NCBI GenBank assembly: GCA_964016885.1
Contig: OZ024744.1
Location: 20,026,001-20,090,000, forward strand
Source: Eledone cirrhosa
Taxonomy: Eukaryota
Reading direction: 5' to 3'
DNA length: 64,000 bases
The notes under the pieces are model-generated. The model did not search any database, was not told where the DNA came from, and saw only the letters and a program-made list of their open reading frames with translations. Shown in pieces: positions 38,134 to 49,574 of this stretch. The position numbers and the translations under genes are program-made. How positions within the stretch are numbered: position 1 is the stretch's first letter; every line of letters starts with the position of its first letter.

Positions 38134-39995
38134 ATGGCTGAGCCACGCCCCCCAGCGATATTTCTGCTGTCGTGCCACAACGACGTAGAAGTTGAGAGGA
38201 GCGCTACAGCGAAATTAACACACATTGATAACACAAACACCACCACAAACAAGGTAAACAAAGACACCGATGATACCAATGAGAACTCTAATTTTGAAAA
38301 AAATGACAGTAACAGCGACAACGAAAATACAGATAACAAAAAAAAAAAAATAACAAAGGCAACAACAATATCAACACCACTAACATGAAAACAAATAGTG
38401 ACAACACCAACAGAAACAATACCAACTGCACCGAGAACAACGGTGGCAACAAAGACAACAATGATAACAGCGACAGTGATAACCAGAACACCAACAAGAA
38501 CAACGACAACGACAACAACACCCCCAACAAAAACAAGAAGAACACTTTCGCTGCGACAGCAGCAAAAAAGAGGCCATGATTCAACATGGACCTCTCAAAC
38601 AAACATGAAAAGTTGGCCCAGGCATGGAAGCTCATAAAGCAAGAGCAAACCTGGGCCAACTTAACTGTCCCGGTAGAAGCTATTGAGGCAGTGGAGCGCA
38701 GAACGGTGCATTATAGATGCATCTCAGCACAAACAAAAAGGGCAGCTTTAATCCCACAAGAAGATGTCGAAGTCGCGCTGAGGTGCATCAGAGAAGACAC
38801 CGAATACATAGAGAGGGGCAGACAGTACGGCACCATTTCGGTGTTGTTCAAGTCAGATGCCCTCGCTATGAAACACGCTATGACTCCTTGCAAAACCAGC
38901 AAGATCATGATGTACCCCTCCCACATGGGAAAAAGAACGGCCCGTCTCCGCATTCCCAGAATCCCACAAGGACTTGACCTGTGGTGGCTTCTGGGATGTG
39001 TGATTGTGGAGGGGACGGATACCGTCCCTATAGAAGTGACCAGAACGGCCAGAGAGGACTGGTCCGGGGTTGACCTGGAGATCCTTCTCCAGATCAGGCC
39101 CGAGAATGTGAAGACAATCCCGGACCACATCCGCCTTCAGAATGGGACGGTCATTCACATTATGACCGAAGGCGAAAGGCCACAGTGTTTTGTTTGTGGG
39201 GAAAAAACCCATTTGCGAGCCTTCTGCCCTCAACTGCTGAAAAAGGCAAGGGGTCGAAACGCTCCACTGCTGCCGACGCCGGGGCGAGGACCACAACCAA
39301 CACCAGCACCGGCAAAACCACCAACAACAACACCAATAGAAAGACCACCCCCAACATTGAGCACCCAGGAGGGAAACGAGGAAAGCTGTCAAATTCCCCC
39401 TCCCCCCAAAAGTACACACACCAATAAAACCATATACATACATACAGACACACTTACAGACACAGACCCCTCATCTACCAGTAGTGAAGATGAGGGAAAA
39501 CCAAAATCCCCCAAAATACAAAAAAGGAAACACAAAAAGAAAAAAAACCCTCAACAAAGCACAAAATCACCCACATTAAAAAACGCAGACACCACCCACG
39601 CAAACATCTCTCAAATAACACCAACATCAACACCACCATCACCATCACCACCACAGCCATGCAAACAAATAAAATCACACCAACAAAACATACAAAACTT
39701 CGTGGTGCTCGTCAGGAGGGCCAAGAAGGAACTGATGGCCCTCGTAGCACGAAATGAAAATATACAAAAAGAGGGGGAAAGTTTTAAATCGAGCACATTT
39801 CGCGTGCCGGAAGATTTGGTTCTGGTGCGAATGTCGCTCGACATATTCAAAGAAATACGAGACAGCTTTCCTCGGGACGTGGGAACCCCGAACGTAAAAC
39901 CCACTTCAAGACTTTTAAAGGGGTTCCCAAAAGAAACCCCACTAACTATGGAAGTCGAACAACCCGACCTTCACAAGACCCCGGAAGGTAAGTAA
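38134..39995 (+). pseudogene. Tx1 G ORF1 (gag-like, single CCHC knuckle), frameshifted N-terminus
   Basis: 469-aa open part 38586-39995 with CFVCGEKTHLRAFC; Asn-rich N-terminus in other frames. Confidence 0.85.
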
Positions 39996-40026
39996 ACCTT
40001 CCTCTCTCTCTGTTTAACCTGCCAAC

Positions 40027-43000
40027 ATGGCCGTATTAAGAGTAGGATGTTTAAATGTTCGAAGCCTGGGATCGTCCTGGAAGCAGGGTCACCTGCTCAA
40101 CGACCTGAGGTCTATAGAAATGGATGTAATTGCAGCCAGCGAGACCAGGATTTCCGACACGCGCGCACTAGCTCCCATTTTCGACGACTATCAGATCTTT
40201 GCATCTGTTAGCCAGCTGGGAATGGGAGGCGGGGTGGCAGTGCTGTTTAGGAAAGGCCTGGATCTCGAGGTAAGGTCGATATTCCGGGACCCGGACGGGA
40301 AGTTGGTGGTCCTGGACGTGAACAATAATGAAGGTGGTGTCTTTAGACTGGTGGTAGTCTATGCCCCTACTGAGGCAGGACGGCCGGACTTCTATAGACG
40401 CCTGGAAGCCTTTCTGGGTACGTCTCGCCCTTTACTGTTAGCAGGGGACTGGAACGGCATCTTAGACGCACGCTGGGACTGTGTGGGAGTATCCGATAGG
40501 AGCGGGGGGTGTAAAAGCCTCAAGAACCTGATCAGCCAGTTCCAACTGTCTGACAGGTACCGACTAGATTTCCATAATGCGCCTGTGTGGATCTGGCCTA
40601 ACCGCATAGGGTCATCTAGATCGTATATCGACAGGATATTCATTAGGAAAATAAACAGAAATAGTGTAAGCTGTCCACGTTTTGAAACGGTCGCCTATTC
40701 AGATCACAAGTTTGTGATCTGTATGGTCGGCCTAGATAAGACGCGTAGGTTAGGACCTGGTTACTGGTAGCTAAACATGTCATTTCCGGCACGTAAGGCT
40801 TACAGGGACCAGGTCAACAATTTAGTTAAGAAAAAGTTGACAGGGGGCGTCGTCAACAATAGATGGTGGGGGGGGGGGGCTCTCAAATGAGAGATTACAG
40901 TAATGTCGATAGAGTTTAGCAAAGAAGTAGCATTAGAGAAAAATAGCAAGGAGGGAGAGTTGGTAGATAAGTTAGACGAGGCTATTGGTAGTGGCATTGC
41001 AACTGATGTGCTAGCGGCGAGAATGGCATTATACCATTTCTTCAATGCGAAACACGAAGGTTGCATGGTCAGAGCTAAGGCGCGTGCTCGGAGAAACGAG
41101 GGAACCAAAGCTGTTCGATGGGCCCGCGTGGCAGAGGCGCATCGTGGTAATAAAAGGACGATTCGGTCTTTGACGGACCGAGACGGGCTCGAACTGAGCG
41201 ATTCCAAGAGGATGTGTGACGGCTTTCGCCAACATTTTGCTCGGCTGTTCGGGGGAAGTTGAGTCAGAGATGGTGGCGGACTTCAGTCCCTACCTCGATG
41301 GCTTGCGCAACTCTCGACGGCTGACGCTGGGCGCTGCGAAAGGCCAATTACTTCAGCCGAGATTCAGGATGCCCTTGTAGGCTTCATGAGGCGCAAGTCA
41401 CCCGGTTTGGATGGTCTGCCCTACGAGCTTTACGTAAATATGCCAGACTTGTTCTCCAATCTCCTCGAAGCCCTCTACTGCAACTGGCAGCAAAACGGGA
41501 GTATTCCCAGTTATGTGAGACGTGGCGTAGTGACGCTGATAAGCAAAGACGAGAACAAGAGGGAGACATTAGACAATTTCACGTCCATAACTCTGCTCAA
41601 CACAGAGTTTAAGATTTTGGCCAGGGTGTTAGCGAAGAGGTTGGCGCTTGTCGTCGGGGATTTGGTTGGGGAGGCGCAACTTTGCGCAATCCCAACCAGG
41701 TTCATACACGACAACCTCCACCTAATGCGATACATCATAGAGAGGGTAGGGTTTAAACCTGGCTTCGGTGGGGTTCTGATCAATTCAGATCAATCGAAAG
41801 CATTCGATAGAATCGACCATCGGTACCTGGAGGCTGTACTCAAGGCGGCTGGCTTCGGCCCCGTCTTCAGAAGCTGGATCGCTGCAATGCACAGTGGCAC
41901 CTGCTCGACTGTCAAAATTAATGGCCACCCCTCGGAACTGTTTCAGGTCTCCCGATCGGTCCGTCAAGGATGCCCTCTCTCCTCCCTTCTGTACGTATTG
42001 ACTCTCGAGCCTTTACTGCGGAAGCTGGAGCTGTTGCAGGGCATCCCGCTCGAACCGGGACGCGGAAAGTCTGTGTCGGCTTATGTGGACGACATCACCG
42101 TGATGGTGTCGGACACCTCAGAAATCGAGGTGGTCGGCAACTTATTGGAGGAATATGAAAGGTTGACGGGAGCAAAACTTAACCCGGAAAAGTCAGTGGG
42201 CTTGCAACTCTGCACTTGAGAGGCAAGTCCATGCCGTCCAACAGCGTCGTTAGGCGCTGGACGGACGGACCGATAAAGTTTCTAGGGGTTTGGTTCGGTG
42301 GATAAGAATTGGGACGAGGTGACGGGCAGGGTAGTCAGTCTCACCCAGAAATGGGCTGGGATGAAGCTATCACTGAAAGATCGGAGGTGGCGAACGCGTA
42401 CATCGCGTCCGTCTTCTACTACCGTCTGACTGTCGTCCCTTGCCTCCGTTCGCGCCTGGCCATCTTGGAGCGGCTCCTCTTCAAATTCTTGTGGAGGGGT
42501 CAGGTTCCGCTGGTGAGGCGGTCCATCTGCTGCCAGCATCCTCTACGTGGAGGGCTGGGCATGCCGTGGCTAATGATGCGCAGGCACGCGCTGAGGCTGC
42601 GGCATCTCCAGATATTCTGCCTAAACGGTGAAGAGGTGTGGTCGCCGTTTGTCAGACGGGCCTTTCTGCAGCTCGTTTCTTTGACTGAGTTGCAGTCCTG
42701 GGTCAAGAAGAGACCGAGACTGGGTGACTGGCATTTGGAATGTTGCCAGGCACTCACTGCCCTCTACCAGGCGGGCAATGCGGTCAGTGTAACTTCCACT
42801 CTCGAGTTCTATAGCGGATTAGTGGTGGGCAAGTGCGATGACGCACTCGAAGAAGCTCTGGGAGTCAACGAAGTCGAACTATCCAGTCTGTACCGGAGGA
42901 CTTTCGAGCCGGAGACGATGGATAATTTCCAAAAATCTCTCGCTTGGCAGTGCCACCGGGGGGCACTGCCGGGTGGAGATAAACTCTACAGGCACCGAAG

Positions 43001-43433
43001 TGCTGTCAGACGGACCTGTTCGAGATGCGCGCAGAGCGACGAAACCGTTCTGCATGCACTCGTCCAGTGTCCGTGCATTACTGACTTGTGGAATTATGTT
43101 GAACAGCTGTTGTCGCGTGTAGAACGGATCCGGCTATCGGCCGAGTCCATAGTGAAGATCGACCCGCCGCCTTCTTTTGGCCAGGAAGGGCAGGCAATTT
43201 TCCTCTGTCTGGTGGCAGTAGCGAAAGAGGTTGTATGGTGAACGAGGTTGAAAGGACTGAAGAGAAACACTTTTCTCTTCGGCCAATCCCTCATCAACTT
43301 TTTCAAGTTTCACTTGGAAAGGAAGGTGAGGGTGGAGAGAGAAGTGCTGCTCCCCAGTACATTTGCTGAAAGGTGGGTGAATGTGGCGAGAATGGCCCGT
43401 GTGAGTGGGCCTACTCTGGTCATGCGGCTGTAG
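40027..43433 (+). pseudogene. Tx1 G ORF2 (APE-RT-CCHC), disrupted
   Basis: CLNVRSL, SETR, GDWNG, SDHK; KAFDRIDH, RQGCPLS, YVDD; CSRCAQSDETVLHALVQC. Confidence 0.92.
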
Positions 43434-43847
43434 GTAGGTAAATTTGAAGAGGAGAGGGGTGCCCTTCCAGGGGCTCTCGAAGCGTCGGGTCGTTCAGGAC
43501 TGGTGGGATACCTGAGCGAACCCTGAATTTTTTCTTGTAATTTTCTTTTTACTTTATTGTTACTTTGTTATTGTTACTTTGTTTATTCATATTGTTTACT
43601 CGATTTTCCTGTAAAACCCCACTGTCCCAGTCTTTTGTATTGTCCCCTATATGTCGGCCCTTGTGGCCAATAAATGAAATCGTTATTTTCAGTTATTTAA
43701 AATTGCCATTCATAGAACATTTTTATTGTTAACTGTATATAAGTGCACATACATTGTTATCTGAAAAGGACACCCAAAAAGATTGGGGTCTTGAGCCCCA
43801 AATTTAAACATTTATAATTATCAAAACAATTTTTTCTTTGAAAAATT

Positions 43848-45818
43848 ATGGCTGACTCAGAGTCACTCCTTTCTCACAAACTAACACCTCACACCGACAC
43901 CACCATTGTAAATGTTACTACGTTTGCCAACACTAAAAAAAATATAAGCAGTAGTAATATTTTAAATTTGTCTCAGGCAGACATTAATTTCCCGCCATTA
44001 CCGATGACTGCAGGTGTTAAAGCCGCCCCCTCCCACCGCGACAACCTCCTTCCCCAACCACGACCCCCATCACCACCACCACCACCACCACCGCGACAAC
44101 AGAAACAAAAGGAAAAAAATAAATTAACTCGTGATATCGAAATGAATTCAACCATAATGAACTCTTCCACACCGAACACCACTGACGCCACCACCACCAC
44201 AACTGAAACTAAAATTAATAATAACAAAAATAACGATAACAACAACAGCAACACGTGACATTAAGAAAACCACCCTGAGTTTTGCCAGACTAGCAAAAAC
44301 GTGCGAAGTATTTCAGGTAACTCAGGAGGAATTAGAAGAGGCCAAAAAATGGTAAAGAAAGATGGGTACAGGGTCAGCCCTCCCCCACACACACCTAATA
44401 AAATGGAGCATCGGCGCCTATGCACCGTGTCTTATCGAACAATTAATATGAAATCCCGCCGAGTGGAACGGGAATCCGAGTCCCAAATCCAAAAAGCTTT
44501 GGGACATGTGTGGGCCAAAAAAACCCACATCAGACGTGGGCAGAAATATGGAACCGTGGACGTGTTCTTTGAAACACAACAGGAGGCTAGAAAACACTCC
44601 ATGGCCCCATTAAGTAGTGACGACTTCACACTCGTCCCAAGCTATTTTGGCCAGAGACTCGTAAAGATCAGGGTCACCCACGTTCCACCGGCCATCGAAA
44701 TTCCTTGGCTAATAGCTGCCGTCCTCGCTGGCATCGAAGCCAACACCAAGATAATCGAAATAGCGAAAGAAAAGCAGGTGAACTGGTCCGGATCTGGGAT
44801 GGAGCTCCTGATCCAAGCGGACCAAAAAAGCATTGAGGAGATCCCAGAGGTAACAGAGCTCACTGACGGCAGCCACCTCACCGTAATCGTCGAGGGCAGA
44901 AGGCCTAGGTTTTTCGGTTGTGATGAAGGAACCCACCTAAGGGCTTTCTGCCCTCAGGCTAAAATGTTGAGGCCACCCCTCTTACCCACCCCAGTGACTC
45001 AACCATCAACACCACCAGCAGCACAAATGGCAGCAACAACTGTAGCTGCAACAGCAGAAGCAACTGTAACAGCAACAACCCCAGCAACAGTAGGAAAACC
45101 AACACCACCACCACCCAACGCGCCAGATCTTGCACCAGCGCCATCCACCACGCCCCAACCAAAACCAACGCCCGTGGAGGATTTTCCACTCCTCGACCTA
45201 TCGCAACTGGAGACAGATTGTGACGACGAGGAGTGGGAAACGGTATCAGGAAAAAAAAAAAAAAGATAAAGAAGCCAAAAAAGAAAAAAATCCTCCCCCC
45301 CTCCAAAAACAAAATACAGAGGGAAACAAATAAACTATCAAACAAAAAAGTTAGGACAGGCATGCCACCATCCACACCAGCATCACCAACCCCATCACCC
45401 CAAACACCAACAGCATCACCATCATTAACCCCAACACCACCATCACCTACACCACAAAAGTCACCAAAATGCGAAACAAACAAACCCACAACAAACGCAA
45501 ACAAAACAAAACTACCAAAACGATACACACTACACAGCATTAAATTTGAACAACCAATTATTACACTACATCCAACACAACACCAGCATCACAGAAAAAG
45601 ACCACACAACAACCCAAAAGTTCACACCACCTCCACACATACAAATCACTTGCATCACACAAAAAAGGTACATGACACTAAAACAAAAATTCCCCAAAGA
45701 CATCGGAGACTTCCGACAAGCACTCTCCAGGAGGATTTATAACGACATCCTTCCTGAGGAGGCCACAAGCAGTGAAAAGGATGGAGAAACCGTACTTCCT
45801 CTACGAGAAGTAAGGTGA
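43848..45818 (+). pseudogene. Tx1 H ORF1, disrupted
   Basis: RRGQKYGTVDVFF, VEGRRPRFFGCDEGTHLRAFC, C-terminal FPKDIGD. Confidence 0.82.
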
Positions 45819-45852
45819 GTGGTCTTTCCCATCTTTTCCACTCCATTTCAAC

Positions 45853-48800
45853 ATGACCTCACTCAGAATAGGCAGCATAAATGCGCGTGGCTTGGGGTCA
45901 TCATTTAAGCAGGACCACCTGCTCAACGACCTCAGGTCACTAAACATAGATGTAGTGGCCATCAGCGAGACCAGAATCTCCGAAGCGTGGGCTTTCGCAC
46001 CGATCTTCGGCGGCTACGATGTGTACGCATCCCCAGCCGTCCGGGATCGGGGGGGGGGGAGGGAGTTGCTGTGCTTTTTAGGAGATGTTTGGATCTTGCC
46101 ATACGAGCCATCTTCCTGGACCCAGAAGGTAAGTTGGTGGTGCTGGAAGTGACCAGCGGAGACGGGAAAGCTTTCAGGTTAGTGGACGTCTATGCCCCGA
46201 CAGGAGCAGGGCGGCCTGATTTCTTCCGGCGTCTGGAGACCTTTCTTGAAACGTCCAGCTCTTTAGTGTTAGTGGGCAACTGGAACGGGATCTTAGATAC
46301 ACACTGGGACTGTGTGGGATTAGTGGATAGGGGCGGAAGGTGCAAAAGTCTCACCAACCTGATCAGGCGTTTTGAACTGTCTGACAGGTACCGATTGTAT
46401 TTCCCGAATGTGCCAATGTGGACTTGGACAAATCGTATTGGGTCATCCAGATCATATCTAGATAGAGTATTTTGGAGGGAAATAGATAGATCTAGCATAG
46501 GCTGTCCACAATTCAAGATAGTCAGCTACACGGACCACAAATTCGTGATCTGTGTGCTTGACTTAGATAAGCTTCATAGACAAGGACCCGGCTACTGGAA
46601 GGTAAACGCGTCCTTACCAGCGCGCAAGGCCTACAGAGACCGGATTAGCGAACTAGTTAAGCGAGCGTTGACGGGAGCTATCGACCTCAACAAGTGGTGG
46701 TTTGCTCTGAAAAGAGCAATTAGAATAGAGTCCATTAGGTTTAGTAAGGCTTTAGCAATAGAGAAAAATAGAGCAGAGGGAGAATTAGTTAGAAAATTAG
46801 ACAAGGCGCTTAGCAAAGTCATCGCGACCGACGTGCTTGCGGCGAAATTGGCCCTTGACCAATTTTTCAATGCAAAGCACGAAGGCTGCATTGTCAGAGC
46901 TAGGGTGCACGCTCTCAGACACGAGGGGACGAAAGCCGTTCAATGGGCCCGAGTGGCGGAGGCGCGTCGTGGCAACAAAGCCACGATCCGGTCTTTGGAG
47001 GACCACGACGGGCGCATCCTACTCGATCCCAGGCAAATGTGAGAAGCTTTTCAGCGACACTTCGCACAGCTTTTTTCGAGGGCAGCGGCGGGCCGGATAC
47101 AGGGATGGATTTTGTGTCTACCTCGACGGACTGCGCGGCTCTCGGCGACTGAGGCGGAGTGTTGCGAAAAGCCGATAACAGCCGCTGAAGTACGGGAGGC
47201 AATGACTGGCTACACAAGGGGTAAATCGCCTGGCTTGGATGGTCTGCCCTATGAACTCTACGTTCAAATGCCAGACTTGTTCGGAGGCCTCTTGGCGGAC
47301 GTCTACTGCAACTGGCAACAGAACGGGAGAATTCCCAGCTCTGTGAGCCGAGGAGCGGTGGCGCTGCTGAGAAAGGATCCGAACAAGGAGGATAATATAG
47401 ATCATTTTAGGCCCATAACTCTGCTAAACACAGAGTTCAAGATTTTGGCCAAGGTGTTAGCAAAGAGGTTGGCGCTTGTCGTTGGTGGTCTGGTGGGAGA
47501 GGCGCAGACATGCGCCATTCCCGACAGATCCATCCACGACAACCTCCACCTCATGCGATACATCGTAGAGAGGGTAGCTAGGGAACCTGGCACGGGTGGG
47601 TCTTTGATCAATTTAGATCAGTCGAAAGCTTTCGATAGGGTCGACTTTCGTTACCTAGCGGCAGTCCTGAGGGCGGCTGGCTTTGGGCCCGTCTTCAGAG
47701 GCTGGATCGCTGCCATGCACAGCGACATCTGCTCTGTGGTGAGAGTGAACGGTCACCTTTCGGAACCGTTCAACATCATGCGCTCGGTCCGCAAAGCATG
47801 TCCTCTCTCGTCCCTCTTGTACGTATTGACTCTCGAGCTATTACTGCACAAACTGGAGACGTTGAGTGGCGTTCCGCGCGAACTAGGATGCGGAAGATCC
47901 CTGTCACCATATGCGAACGATGTCACCGTAGTGGTGTCGAACGCCAAACACATCAAGGCGATCGGCACTACACTAAGAGAATACGAAGCGGTGACAGGAG
48001 CAATGATCAACCAGGAATAGTCAGTGGGCCTGCAGCTTGGCACCTGGAGAGGCAGGTCCATACCGTCCAATAGCGTCGTCGGGCGCTGGACGGATGGACC
48101 GGTTAAATTGCTAGGGATCTGGTTCGGTCCGGACCTCCAGACGGACAAAAACTGGGACGAGGTGACGAGCAGGGTGGCTTCTCTCACCCAGAAATGGGCG
48201 GAGAGGAAGCTATCCCTGAACGGTCGAGCGGAGGTGGCTAACACGTACATCGCGTCCGTCATCTACTACCTCCTGACCGTCGTACCTTGTCCTAAGCCCC
48301 GCCTGACTGCGCTGGAGCGTTTGCTCTTTCGCTTTTTGTGGAAGGGACGCGCTACGATGGTCAGGCGGTCCATCTGCTGTCAACACCCGCTACGTGGAGG
48401 GCTGGGCATGCCATGGCTGATGATGAGCAGACACGCGCTCAAGCTACGACATCTCCACCTCTTTCTCGACGTCTATCAGGTGTGGTCGCCGTTTGCTAGA
48501 CACATCTTTCCCCAGCTCGTCTCCTTGACGGAGCTGCAGTCCAGGGTCAAGCAAAGACCGAGAGGGAACGCTTAGAGACTGGAATGTCTTCAGGCACTCA
48601 CAGCCCTCGACCAATCAGGCAATGTGATCGGTGGAAACTCCACCTTGGCGTTATATAGGGGAATAGTGGAGGGGAAGAGCATCGACGTACTTGGAGAAAC
48701 ACTATGCGTCGACGAAAATCAACTAGCCAATCTCTTCGGAAGGACTTTCGGGCCGGGGCCTATGGACAACTTCCAGAAATCCCTGGCCTGGCAGTGCTAC

Positions 48801-49282
48801 CGATGAGCTTTGACAGTTCGGGATAAAATCTACAGGCGTGGAGGTGCCGTCACCCGGGCATGTCCGAGATGCGCGCAGGGCGACGAAACCGTCCTGCACG
48901 CACTCGTCCAGTGTCTGAGCATTGCTGACTTGTGGGTTTATGTCGAACACCTGCTGTCACGTGTAGGACGGATCGAGCTATCAGCTGAGTCCATCGTGAG
49001 GATTGCCCCGCCCTCTTCCTTTAACCGGGAAGGGCAGGCAATTTTTATCTGTCTGGTGGCCATGGCGAAAGAGATAGTATGGTGGACACGTTTGAAAGGG
49101 CTGAAGACGAGCACTTACCTCTTCAATGATGCCCTGATTAACTTTTTCAAATTTCATTTGAAAAGTAATATCAGGATAGAGAGGGAAGTGCTCTCTTCCC
49201 AGCATTTTGCTGAAAGATGGGTGAGGGAAGCAAGTATGGGCCGTGTGAATGGGCCGGGCCTACTCTGAGTATGCGTCTGTAA
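45853..49282 (+). pseudogene. Tx1 H ORF2, disrupted
   Basis: SINARGL, GNWNG, TDHK, KAFDRVD, YAND, CPRCAQGDETVLHALVQC. Confidence 0.92.
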
Positions 49283-49574
49283 ATTAAAGGTGGAAAACTG
49301 GGAGAGGGCACTTGCCCTGGTGGTCAGTGTCACTGTGGCCTTTTAATGGGCTTTCCCCATAAATGGCTCTCGGAAGTCTCCCCTCTATTGGGGAAATTTT
49401 CATTCTTATTTTTTATTACATCCTCCGTTTTTTTTTACACGCAGAAATGCCCATTTGTACCGTCCTGTATTGTCCTGTACAGTCCTTAATTTCTACTTCA
49501 CATAAACCCTTGTGGTTAATAAAGAAAACATTATTATTATTATTAGAATTATTATTATTACTATTATTATTATT

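Larger units (their letters stand above)
37925..43681 (+). mobile_element. Tx1 copy G (full-length structure, defective)
   Basis: 5' UTR after (ATT)n, ORF1 38134-39995, ORF2 40027-43433, 3' end GGCCCTTGTGGCCAATAAATGAAA. Confidence 0.92.
43688..49530 (+). mobile_element. Tx1 copy H (full-length structure, defective)
   Basis: Begins directly after G; ORF1 43848-45818, ORF2 45853-49282; ends CCCTTGTGGTTAATAAAGAAAAC then (ATT)n. Confidence 0.92.

Noticed and set aside
43650-43700. U2 snRNA gene fragment as the insertion target (Keno-like)
   Set aside because: Only loose resemblance; no continuous U2 sequence, and the motif is internal to every Tx1 3' end.
38711-48262. Antisense ORFs over Tx1 G and H
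   Set aside because: Shadows of the sense ORFs; not conserved in extent between copies.
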